Assembly (NCBI GenBank): GCA_025558095.1
Contig: JAIVFI010000039.1
Location: 310,001 to 374,000, forward strand
From: Hyaloraphidium curvatum SAG 235-1
Lineage: Eukaryota > Fungi > Monoblepharomycota
Direction of reading: 5' to 3'
DNA length: 64,000 nucleotides
This document shows, piece by piece, positions 21,580 through 32,922 of this stretch. The notes under the pieces are model-generated. The model saw only the letters and a list, made by a program, of their open reading frames with translations. It was not told the origin of the DNA and did no database searches. Both the position numbers and the translations under genes were made by a program. Positions within the stretch are counted from its first letter, which is position 1. The number at the start of each line of letters is the position of its first letter.

Positions 21580-23569
21580 CTAATCCGCCTTCCGCTTCCT
21601 CTTGCCGGTCACAGCCGTGGTCGCAGGCGTGGTCGCAGCCTCGTTTGCGGCCTTGTTCGAAGCCCCGTTGGTAACTGCGGTCGCAGCCCCGGTCGCGGCC
21701 CTCTTGCCCAACCCTCCGACGCAGAACGAGTTGGCCGTGAAGATGCCGTCGGGATCCACGCGGTTCTTGATCGAAAGGACCCGGTCGTAGAGCTCCTTCG
21801 ACTCGTAGTAGTTCTGCCACACGTTGCTCATGTCGTACTCGGTGTCGGGGCCGTCGGTGTTCTGCGTGTTGCTGAACGAGGCCCTGGAGGTCGTCGCGGA
21901 GTCAGACACGGTCGAAAGGAGGCTAAGACCCGCAGCCCACGGACCATAGGATGCGGCGGTCCTGCTCGCCCATCGGTTTGCCCTTGCCGATCATCTTCTC
22001 GCCGAGCCGGAGCTTGTACTCGTGGGCCCACTGCTTGGCCCTGGGCGTCTCCTTGTAGAAGGCCATGGTGCCGAAGAGGAGGGTGGAGTCGCGCCAGCTG
22101 AACGAGGTGCGCCCGTCCGCTGCGTTGAGCTTGAACTTGCTGTATTTGCCGCCGTGGAGCTGCAGCTGCCCGCCGATCTGGATGTCGGCGCGCATCATAC
22201 CCTCGTCCAGGTGGTCGGCGAGCGTTTTCGCGAAGCCGTTCTTGGAGAGCGAGGTGGAGGCGGTCGCCCAGCAGCGCTTGACGTAGGGGAGGTTGAATTC
22301 GCGCTCGATCTTCATCTCCAGGTGGCGGTAGTCCTTGGACATCGGCCTGTGCGTCTTCTCGTCCAAGTCAACGTGCACCCTGGTGGGCAGTCGAGGTCAG
22401 CTTGATCGGGACAGCGGAGACAATCGGCTGCGTTGTGCCGCACCAGTGAGAAGGGTGGGTCCACTTCCCCTTCGCCGTCACGGCGCGGAACTTGTCAAAG
22501 ATTGCCTGCTGCTTGGGGCCAAACTTTTCCTCCTTGTTCAGGTTGGCCCAGACAACGGATACCATCAAGCCATTGGGCCAGAAGGTCAACTCCTCCTTGA
22601 GAAACTCCGGTTCGCCCTCGGTGTACTCGTTCGCGTGCTCACGTCGCATTTTGGCGTCCTTCGATTCGTGGAAGTGGAAAAGATCCACGTGCGATTTGAT
22701 GTTGGCGTACATGTTGCCCGAGACGATGGTGGCCAGGATGTCCCAGTCCGCAGCGAGATCGTCGTCGTCGCTGAGCTCGCAAATGAGCTGGCAGTACTCC
22801 TGGAACACCTCCTCGGAGTAGAAGGACATGAGCTTCATAACGCGCGAGTCCGGGTAGTCCTCGTCCTTGAGCGGGGTCAGGGTGATGCTCGTGATCACGC
22901 CCAAGTTGCCGGGAGAGCCGCCGAGCACGGCAAAGAAGAGGTCCTTCTCTTCCTGGTCCGTCGCCGTGCGGCGCGCGGTGTGCACCTCGCCGTCGGCGAG
23001 CACGATGTCGAACTCGGTGACGTAGTCGGAGGTGAGCCCGAACGCCCGTACGATGGCGCTGTAGCCGCCCGTCTGGATGTGGCCGCCGAGGTGGACCCGA
23101 TGGCACTCCCCGTGAGGCAGGAACAAGCCGTCTTCTTCGAATATTTTGTTCATCTCGCCGACGTTGATGCCGGGGCCGCACTTGAAGATGTTCTTCTCTT
23201 TGTCGTACGAGTTGAACTTCCACGATTTACCGGAGAGGTCGATCTGGATGTTGTCGCCGTTGGTGCTCGATGCCCCTAGGTATTGGTGGCCGCCTGGCGA
23301 CCAAGCACATGAGTGAGCAACACGTCGCGGCACGGCAAGGACTCCTACTCACCCGTCCTAACTGCGATGGCGATGCCCTTTGCCGCGGCATACTTCACCG
23401 CGGCCTTGACGTCTTCCACGTCTTCCACGTAGATGATGGCGGCCGGGTCCAGCTTCCCCTCCGGTTGACTTGTGTAGCAATACTGGTAGCGGGACGGGTC
23501 GAAAACCTTATCGCCGCGGTGCACGACCCGGCCTTTGAACGACGGAAGGTCGGTGAGAACGGGTGGCAT
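21580..23569 (-). CDS. FAD-linked oxidase, berberine-bridge-enzyme/VAO family (3 introns)
   Basis: PAAIIY..DVEDV, RTG|GHQY (FAD-linked His), GECHRVHLGGHIQTGGY (FAD-linked Cys), DLFFAVLGGSPGNLGVIT and the BBE tail IKNRVDPDGIF. No signal peptide. Confidence 0.9.
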
Positions 23570-23611
23570 CTTGCGCTATCGGGCGGGAGACGGGGGAGGC
23601 AATGTCTGAAG

Positions 23612-23900
23612 CGTCAAACAGAGCCTCGCGGCTATGGTACCTGCGGAGCGCGGCGGACGGTTATTCCGGAACGCCGCACGATGCGGGCAATGCGGCGGAG
23701 ACTCACAGCGTGGAGGCTCGATCCGTTGCGGGCGGGCAGTTGCGGGGAGCTGTCAAACAGCCTCGGGCGGCGGCCACCTGCAGAGCGCGGCGGGCGGTTA
23801 TCAGGGGCGCCGCACAGTGCGACTATGCGGCGGAGACTCACAGCGCTGGAGTCGACTGCCGGTGCGGGCGGTGCTGCGGGATGCTGCGGCCAGCACGGGG
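23612..23900 (+). repeat. Imperfect tandem duplication, unit about 137 bp, two copies
   Basis: acctgcggagcgcggcggacggttat...atgcggcggagactcacagcg at 23639-23710 recurs at 23776-23845, and the flanks also align (gtcaaacag..cctcg). Confidence 0.8.
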
Positions 23901-24279
23901 GCCGTCACCCGCTCATCCTGGCTGGAATTCCATGTGGAAAACAGGAAAAACCTGTTCGGTGGCAACGGGAACAGGAGGTAAAGAACTCCCCAAAATGACA
24001 TTCTATGATCGTGCGAAGAACATTTCATCGATTTTCCGCTGTCCCGGAATCCGCTCTCGCGCCGCCCGTGCGACACCGGGGACGTACTTTACCCCAGCAC
24101 ATTAAGCCCAAGTGCTCGGATGCTGCATGTGAGGTATCTCCGAATCCAAGACCTGAGCAAAGCCACGGCGGTTGCGGGGTCAAAATCGCTCCCGTGTGGA
24201 GACAGGATGACGATCGCCGCGGGCGAACAGGTCCCACCGCGGCCGCGGCCACGGGGAGGCGCTTGCGGTTTCCCGACGC

Positions 24280-25941
24280 TTAGGCGGGCACCGAGCACAC
24301 GGTCGACACCTGGAAGGTGATCCCCAGCCCGCGGAAGATGGTGTACAGGCCGACGCCGATGGTGAAAAGGGTGACAGCCGCCGTCCTCACCGCCGAAAAG
24401 TCAACAAGGAAACCCTGCGGGGATCGCGGAAGGTCAGGCGAGGAACTTCCGGCTCAGAATGCCACGGCAGCCCACCATCCACTTGCCCCGGACGTCCTCG
24501 CCCACGAACGCGGTGATGAGGTCCGCGTGGCGCCGCGCCGAGGGAGTGCCGATGCTGAGCAGCTCCACCACGGTGGACGCGTAGAGCTTCCGGATCTGTT
24601 CGATACTCGAGTTCCAGAGGGCGAGCAGGGCCAGGTCCCGCAGCAAGACCAAGGTGAATTCGGTGAAGAAGACGGGGATCCAGACCGGGATGCACTGCCC
24701 GCCGATGAGGTACATTATGGCCGAGCCGATGAGCTGAGCAAGGACCGTCGCGAACAGGGTGCGCCCGTGGGAGCTCCGTGCGAGGAACACGCGCCAGGTA
24801 CGCGAAAGCTCCTTGTGCAGCAGGGCGTACGGCTCGTCGCTCAGGTCATTCGTGGGGACCGCCTCTCTGTCCTCGACGTCGCGCTCACGGTGCAAGAGGT
24901 CGCGCAGGACAAGAATCACGGCACGGCTCCGCAGCCGCTTCGCAAGGTCCATCGGGGGATGCCCAGCAATGCTCGTCGGGTAGGGTGTGGAGATTTCCTG
25001 GAACATGAGGGTGAAGTAGAACAGAGTGACGAAGAAAATGGCCCAAGGCGAAGTGTAGGTCACCGGAGCCCACGCCACAATGACTGTCCAGTGGACGAGC
25101 GTATTTCCGATTGTCTCTGCCAATAGGCATCCCGTGCCGGTAATGAGTGCCTCGCGAGCTGCATTGTTAGGAGCGTCGCCGGCACACGATTTGCGGGGGC
25201 ACGGACAAAGGTCGTCCCTGTCGTCGTGAAGAGTGAGAGCGGAGGGACCGTCCTCAACGAGCTGGGTATATCGGGCAACGCCCGCGTAGGGGTGGGCCGA
25301 GAAGTCGCCTTCCTTGGACGTGTTGTGCATTTCTGGGCGGCAATCGAGGTGAGCGGCGGACGCGGGGCGCCAAACCCCGGCAGCCCACCTGCCAGGCCCT
25401 TCTCAGCAACCTTGTCGCGCACGCCGACGACGACGAGCCCCAGAGTGAGGACGAGAATCGCCGCGGTAGCGAACCCGAGCTGCTTCGTGGGATAGGGGTT
25501 TTCCACCCTGTCGTTCAGCACCCACAGCGCGACGAGCAAGAGAATTGAGGCCACGTTGATGCTAGCGTTGATCACGCTGAAGAGGCGCGATAGCCGTTGG
25601 ATGAAGAGGGAGTAGCCCAGGGCGCCCGCGGCCACGTGGTACGGCGCCAGGCCCGCGCGAAACGCGGCCTCGGTGAGGGGCTCGGCGGCCCGCAGCTCGG
25701 CCGCGCGGTCGACCGTCGCGGACGGCAGGAGGATGGTGTACGGGATGCTCGGCTCGTCCGGGAACAGGGCGAGCCACTCGCGGTCGGTGAAGTTGCGGCC
25801 GCCCTCGCGCGGGCCGGCCGCCGAGAAGGTCAGCGTCGGCAGCGTCGGGAAGGGGCTGCTCTCGGCGAGCGACGCCTCGGACGCCACGGACGCCATCGAG
25901 TCGCCGCGCGAGATCATCTGGATCACGTTCTCCCTCCTCAT
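24280..25941 (-). CDS. 7-TM membrane protein, paralog of 19852-21447 (2 introns)
   Basis: NFTDREWLALFP, AEPLTEAAF, LCPCPRKSC, GGQCIPVWIP, then GKWM|GFLVDFSAVRTAAVTLFTIGVGLYTIFRGLG after removing two GTGGGC..CAG introns. Confidence 0.75.
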
Positions 25942-26935
25942 GGCCGGCGGTGGTGCGCTGTCCGCCCGCCGGGCACTTCGCAATCACGGAGGCAGTGGTG
26001 CCGCTCCCCGCACGTGGGATGACGTTCAGCCGGCCTTGCGCCGTCGCTGTTCGTGGAGGGTAAACGAGGGGAAGGCGAATGGCGTGCCCGCATCGCCGCC
26101 AGGGACCAGACTAGCCCACCCCCAGAGCTGACCGCCTACTCGGCCGCCGACCCGATCATCATCACATCACCGGCAAGCACGCCGGCCGCCATGGCGCTTC
26201 CGCGCAGCAATCCATTTCCCGAGTTCCGGCAGCCGGGGAACCTCCACCCCAGTTCCCGATTTCCCGATTTCCCGAACGAGCGCCAAAGAACGCCAAAACT
26301 GATCCGATGCTGCCGAACCCCGCCGTCCTCCATCTATGATCTTTAACTTTTTCCCCCCAGCCTCCCATCCCGCCCCCGATCGCCCCGCAGGCCGTCCCCA
26401 CGCTGGATCGAACGATCCCCGCATCGGCCGGTCGGCACAGCCATGCGTAATCAGATCGCCAATCCTCCTCCCACGCCAATCCAGCGGACACTCCGACCCT
26501 CCGACTCTCTCCGCGACCAGCGCACGGCTTCTCTGCCTTTGATCCCGCACGCTCACCTTTCGACCGATCTGGCGACGCGCGTTTAAACAAAGCCTCAGAC
26601 GGCCATGGTCTGGAACCCGGCGGCCCGCTAACCGCCAACCGCACCGCCGATAACGTGGTTTCGGCTCCACAATCCGGCCCGCGAGGATCGCGGGCACCCC
26701 AGGGATGCAAATGCAGCGGTTTGCCGCGCCGGGGGATCCATGACAAGGTCGCGCGCCGCCGGCGCCGAGGGCTCCGGTTACCGGATCAGCCGGCCGGCGG
26801 TCCAGAACACGATATCTAGCATGTGCCGAACGGGTCGCGCGTGGTCGGTGCGCGAGGCTGCTCAGCTTCGCTGTCTCGCAAGTGACGGATCGGCGGTACT
26901 CGAAAATGGATTCACTGCAAAACCAGGACGTCCAT

Positions 26936-27601
26936 TCAGGCCGACGCGGCAAGCACCTTGCCACCCCGCAGCCTGATCCCCTGCACCGGCTCTGGCTCGT
27001 CCTCCTCCCCGTCCCCATCCGTCTCGTCCTGCTCTTCCTCCTGCTCCTCTGCTTCGTCCTCGGCGCCTTCCTCGGTGCCCGAGTCCCCGGCTTCGTCGCC
27101 GTCCTGCGACTCCCCATCGTCGTCCCCATCTTCCCCATCCACGCCGTCCCCTTCTTCCTCCCCGTTCTCGTCACCCCACCCGTCCTCCGAATCCGAGTAA
27201 TCGAACCTCGGGTCCGGGCCGATGTAAAGCTGCCCGTAATCGTCCATTGGTCCCCGCCAATGATCGATCATGCAGTCGTCCAGCACGAACTCGGGCTCCC
27301 ACGGCATCTCGGGATCCCAGTCCACCTCGAACCCCCCGACGTTGACCCTCATCGTCCTGGGGGCCCGCTGCCTCTCCAGTCTGGCCATGTGCCTCGCGCG
27401 CGCGGCCGACGCGCGCGCTTCCCGCCTCGCCGTCGCCGTGGCCTCCCTCGCCGCCCTGGCCGCCGGATCGTCCACCCATCCCGGGCGCTTGTACGTGCGC
27501 TCCGCCTCCTCCAGCGTCGGCAGCCTGTCCACGCCGCAGCTCCTTCCGAGCCTCTTCCCCAGCCTCTCCCTGCCCTTGGGCGCGCAGACCTTCCGCTCCA
27601 T
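26936..27601 (-). CDS. Hypothetical protein with an acidic low-complexity C-terminus; possibly a 5'-truncated gene
   Basis: Protein-like ORF (VDWDPEMPWEPEFVLDDCMIDHWRGPMDDYGQLYIGPDPRFDY, then a D/E tract, then IRLRGGKVL). The start is uncertain. Confidence 0.5.
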   Translation of the reverse strand: MERKVCAPKGRERLGKRLGRSCGVDRLPTLEEAERTYKRPGWVDDPAARAAREATATARREARASAARARHMARLERQRAPRTMRVNVGGFEVDWDPEMPWEPEFVLDDCMIDHWRGPMDDYGQLYIGPDPRFDYSDSEDGWGDENGEEEGDGVDGEDGDDDGESQDGDEAGDSGTEEGAEDEAEEQEEEQDETDGDGEEDEPEPVQGIRLRGGKVLAASA

Positions 27602-28463
27602 GATCAGCAGCGACGCGCACTCCCTCGTCGCCGCGGAGTCGCGCGTCGCGGAGCTCGGCCTCGGGGCCAACCTGGAGCAAATCCGCCGCGAGGGCTACAC
27701 CGTGGTCCGCGACATTGCCTCCCCCGAGTTCACCGCCCGCCTCCGCGAGACGTGCCTGCGCCTGTCGGCCGAGTCGAGCGGCGCCAGCGCCGGGATGCTC
27801 CTCGCCCGGGACCCGATCTTTGTGGAGGTCGTCACCAACGCGAAGCTCCTCGCCCTCGCCGAAAAGATGTGCGGCAAGGGCTTCCTGCTCTCGCAACTCG
27901 TCTGCTCGGTGCGGCGCCGCGGCGCGCCGGCGCTGGGCCTGCACGCCGACCAGAACTGGTTCCCCGCGCCGTTTCCGAAGCAGAACCAGCTCTTTACCTG
28001 CTGCTGGACCATGGACGAGTTAACGGCGGAAAACGGCGCCACGAGCGTCATTCCGGGCTCGCACGTGCACAAGCGGCACCCGACCGCCGAGGAGGGCAAG
28101 AAGTTGGACGGGCTGGTCCCGATCGTCTGCCCGCCCAACTCGCTGGCCTGCTGGGACGGTTCCGTGTGGCATGGGTGAGCACGCTACTCTGTTTCTTGTT
28201 GCCAGTTTCCCCTGATCCGCATTCCGCCTGGCAGCAACTACCCGAGGACCACGCCTGGCGAGCGCGTCGTGCTCCACATCACCTTCGGCCGGCTCGCGCT
28301 CCGGCCCGTGGAGAACTACGACTTCCTGGGGGAGGATTGGTTGGCCGGCAAGCCGTACATCCTGCGGGTCATGCTGGGGCGCGAGGACTTCCTCGGCAAG
28401 TCGTCCATCACCGGAGCCGACTACGCGCGGGTGCCGCGGACGTTCCAGTGGGCCAAGCTGTGA
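27600..28463 (+). CDS. Phytanoyl-CoA dioxygenase (PhyH)-family Fe(II)/2OG dioxygenase, PTS1 AKL
   Basis: EGYTVVRD, LHADQ (HxD), TAENGAT.VIPGSH and WDGSVWHG (distal His). One intron at about 28175-28234; protein ends WAKL*. Confidence 0.92.
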
Positions 28464-29160
28464 AGTGCGCTGGGGAAAAGGATTGCACGCCGTTCTACCG
28501 CTTGTTTTGTCGCCATCCAATGGCAGTTAGCTGGACTTTGATAAGCCTGCTTCGCGGGACAGCCGCCGTGCCCTCGCGGACCGATCCTTCGCTGGGGCTT
28601 CGCGGAGCAGCACAGCTTGGAGTCACTCAATTTGCTATCCACCTGCCGCAGCATGGGTGCGCGGTGGCAAGCGAGTGAGTGAGTTTGCTGATGCTGCCGA
28701 ATCATGTTTCTCGCTCGGACCGCGCGGCGTCTCCTGTAGGCATTCGTTTCGGATCTATTTGATCGCTCTGAAAATACATCGCGCATGCTGCAGGTGCAAT
28801 CTTGGTTTCCCGATGTGCAGTGGCGGGGATCGGATCTGGTTCCTGGTTTTAGCGATGGACGGGTGGTGAGTCAAGTGCCCCTCCGCACACTCACGAACAG
28901 TTGAGCGCAAACACGAGGCCGACGATTACCGACCGCAGCATCGAGTCCGGATATGTTGGACCGACAGTGAGGACATGCCCAGGGGGTTGGAAAAAGTCAC
29001 GGACGTGGGTCCTTGGGGATGCCGCAACGGCGCGGGCGGTGTTGCTGACCGATCCGGGATCCGTCGGCCCACTACTTGCCGCACGACAGGTTCAAGAGCG
29101 CGGGATCCCCAAAACGGCGCGGCGGCGGCACCTCGCACCGCACCACTCGCCTCGACAGCG

Positions 29161-32100
29161 ATGCGCTCCGCCGCCCAGTGGGCCGCCGCGGCCCTCGCCG
29201 TTCTCGTGACCGCCGCGTTCGCCGGTGAGCGTCCCAAACGGCCCCCGCCGACGCCGCCGGTGCTGACACCCCCTCCGCACCGCAGCCGCCCAGACGTGCG
29301 ACCCGAACAATCTGTCGGGTTGGACGCTGCCGCACGGCTTCGTCGTGCAGCCATACCACGATGGCAAGGTGAAGGTGGGTGCTCCGACAACTTCCGCATC
29401 GCCGCACTCCGCCTGACCCATTGACCCCGCAGTTCGCCCGGTCGCTGGCCATCTCGGGCAACTCCAAGGTCGGCGGTCCATGGGTCACCTACGTGTCGGC
29501 GCTCGGCCTCTTCGGCGGCGACCTGAACGGCGTGCAGAACATCACCGCGCTCGTCGACCTGCTCGGGCGGGGCTCCGCGGACTACCCCGTCAACGTCGTC
29601 CCCGGCTCCCTGCTCGGCGACTCCAACATGCCGAACGGCATCGCGTGGTACCAGAACACCCTCTGGATCGCGGCCCTCAAGCCGGGCGTGTTCGGGCGGC
29701 TCTACAGGGTGGACAACGTGGACGCCATCGCCCTGGCCAACCGGGCCGCCAAGCCCGAGGAGGTGGTGCTGGTGCGCGACGACCTGCCGTCGGCCTTCAT
29801 GCACGGCTGGAAGTACCTGCGATTCGACAAGAACGGCAACCTCTACGTCCCCATCGGTGCCGACGACAACATCGCTCTGAGTTGGTGGCGTCGCTGCCTC
29901 CGCCTTGCATGCTCTGACGATCTCGCGATTCGCAGTGAACGGAACTGGCCGGGACGGCATCCTCAACGACAAGGTTACACCGCACGTCACCAACCCGTAC
30001 CAGAAGAATGCGTCAACGCCGGTCTTCTACTACTCGTCCATCTACAAGTTCGGCCCCTATCCTCCGACGGCGGCCACGGTCCCTGAATGGGTTGCATTTG
30101 GGGTGAGGATTTGCACCTCCCGCGCACCGACTCTGGCCAACGTTTTCTCGACAGGTCCGCAACACGGTCGGCTTCGACTTCCATCCCGTCACCGGCGACC
30201 TTTTCTTTACCGACAATGGCCGCGACAACATCGGTGGCCCCAACATGGCGGACCCGGTGCAGGGCACGATCACCAGCAACGCCCCCGACTGCGAGCTCAA
30301 CTACGCCGGGTCGACGTCCGGCAAGCTCCCCGCCCCCCGGTACTTCGGCTACCCCTATTGCCACACCGGGCCCGCCGGCGACGTGCAGGCCTCGGCGCCC
30401 TTCCTCCGCCCCGCCGGGATCGGCAAGGACATCGTGGACCCCGACACCAACGCCAACGAGACCGCGGTCAAATGCAGCGGCCCCGGGATCGTCCACACCT
30501 CGGCCGTGCAGGCCTTCGGCCCGCACATCGCACCTCTCGGGATGCGGTTCGGCAAGACGGTCACCAACGGCAACTTCCCCACCGAGTACACCGGCCCGGA
30601 CGTGATCTACGCCGCGCACCACGGGTCGTGGAACAGGCCCAAGGGGCTGATCGGCGCCCGGGTCATGCTGGTCAAGCTCGCCAACCGCGGCACCTCGGCC
30701 GGCAGCAGCGCGCAGCGGAGGCTGGAGCTCCGTGACGGGATGCCCCTTGACGAGAGGCAGCTCGCGGGCCGCGCGAGGCCGGTGCGCAGGACGACCACGA
30801 AGCGGCAGCGGGGGCTCGCGCTGAGGACCACGTCCAAAAGGATCGTCAGGACGACGTCCAAGAAAGTGGAGGAGAAGTCCAAGACCAAGACCACCACCAC
30901 GACCACGGCACTCGCGAAGCCCACGCAGGGCTCCGTCATCGACACGCCCTTCGGCATCAAGGTCATGGACCCTTCCCTCGTCGTCCCGCCCAAGGTGTCT
31001 TCCTACCAGGCCTTCTTTGCGGGCGGCGTGCCCGGCGACACCGGCCTCCTCCCCGACGGACCCAACCCGCCGGTGATCGGCTCCGGCAGCCTGTTCAACG
31101 GACGCCCGGTCGACATGGAATGGCTCCCCGATGGCTCTATGCTCATCAGTGACGACCAGAAGAACCGCGTGCTGAGGATCGCGTACTGCGGAACCGGACG
31201 ATTCCCCGCTTCATCGACGAGGCTGGGCATGGGCCGCTGCGGCGGCGTTCTCGCCCACGGCACCACCGGGGACTCTTCGGGCGTGAGGCAATCGACGCGA
31301 TCGGCGGCTCTCTGGAATGGCGGATGCACGGTCAACCTCGACGGGATCGGCGCGTCCAAGGGCACCAAGGCGTACCGGCGCTGCATCGAGTGGGACGTGA
31401 CCGGGCTGGGCAACTACGTCACGCTGGCGTTCACCCTGGTGACCGACCCGAGGAGCTCGTCGCGCTATATCGTGGATGCCGCGCTGGTAACGTTGGACTA
31501 TGAAGGAACGAACGGGAAAGGATGGGTGGGCCTCGCCATGGGGAAGCTTGCCGGGGCTGCGGTCGCCAAGCGCGAGGATGATGACGAAGGAGAGGGGGGA
31601 GGCGAGGTGGACAGCATGGTCGGCCTCAACTCGATCATCGCCAAGCCCTCGTCGGCCGCCCCCTCGGGCGCGGTCGTGAACGACCTCCAGCTCGGATCAA
31701 GCACATGCTCGCGCCCCGTGGCGTCCTGCTTCACCGCCACCACCGGTTACCTCGCCGCCGGCACGTCTCCTTCGGCGGGTGTTGCGGGCCGCGCGCTGGT
31801 GCAGACATTCTCCCTTGTTCTGTCGGCGGCAAACCTCAAGACGGTCTCGGCCTTCATCGGGCTCGGCGATGTGGATGCGAGCACCGGGGCGCTGAAGCAG
31901 CACTGGTGGGTGTCGGAGCAATTGCATGCATGTCTTTTGCGTCTGACGGAGCTTGCCCTGCAGGAAGCTTGCCAAGGTCTCGCTGCCCTTCCAGTCTTCG
32001 GACGTCGGCGCCGAACCCGTCCAGGGGACCATGGTCATCAACCCTGGTCTGTCATGGGCGGCAGCCAACTCTGGCGGCTCGACTCCGGCCGCGTACCCCA

Positions 32101-32672
32101 CCGCGCCGCCGTGCGTCTTCAAGGGCGAGACCTTCGACTCGTGCACCACCCTCACGGATGCCGGCGCCAGCATGACCTTCTTCTACTCGTCCAACGCCAC
32201 CGACTCCACCACCCTCCGCGTCGCCATCCGCGCCGCCGTCAACGGCCTCGGCGGCTCTTCCAAGGGCTGGATCGCCTGGGGCTTCAACCCTTCGTCGCCC
32301 GGCAGCATGATCGGCACGATCACCGCGTTTGCGCGCTACTCGGCTTCCGCACCTGGCGGCGCGACCTCCGCCGTCTTCCGCCTCGGTGGCTACGCGACCG
32401 GTGCCTTCACCGTCCCCTCGCCGAGCCCTTTCTCCGACCTCACCGCATCCTCCGACACGGACGGCACCGGCACCTACCTCAACCTCCGTTTCACCCTCCC
32501 GTGGTCGCTGGCTGGACAGGGCGGGTTCCTGGCCAACTACGCGGCGGGGGCGTACAACGGTGGGTCGGCGACCGGGGCCGACGGGATGGCGGCGCACGTG
32601 GGGGTGCCGCCCAAGGCGTGCATCAGGGGGGCGGGGATGGGGCCCGTGTCTCCGTGTGGAGGGTGTGCTTGA
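29161..32672 (+). CDS. Secreted PQQ-dependent glucose/sorbosone dehydrogenase-like beta-propeller fused to two DOMON domains
   Basis: Signal peptide MRSAAQWAAAALAVLVTAAFA; MPNGIAW, HGWKYLRF, GVRNTVGFDFHP, TDNGRD, PHIAPLGMRF, HGSWNR and GRPVD..LPDGSMLISDD. Then GWVGLAMG..SMVG..QH and GWIAWGFNP..SMIG..AAH. Confidence 0.85.
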
Positions 32673-32922
32673 TCTGCGTGAGGAGCGATTGACTTCTGTA
32701 TCTATCTGGGACATTGACATCGATATGAGCGTCGCCGGGTATTGCGTCCACGTGCTCAGCAAGCGGGGCTCAAAATCCGTCGTGCTGTTACATGCAGCGA
32801 TGAAGATGAATCTGATTGCACCGGGAATCTTCCTGCCGGTGAACGAGCGTCGTGTGTTATAGGCGACCCTGACTCGAGCGTGGACTGTCGGTGGCTTCCC
32901 GACCAGACCGCCACGTGCCAAC

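Noticed and set aside
23612-23900. CRISPR-like repeat-spacer reading of the 21-nt repeat
   Set aside because: There are only two copies, the intervening DNA is also homologous, the context is eukaryotic and no cas genes are present.
26950-26985. RLRGG ubiquitin-like C-terminal motif in the acidic ORF
   Set aside because: No ubiquitin fold precedes it, and a five-residue match in a GC-rich ORF is weak evidence.
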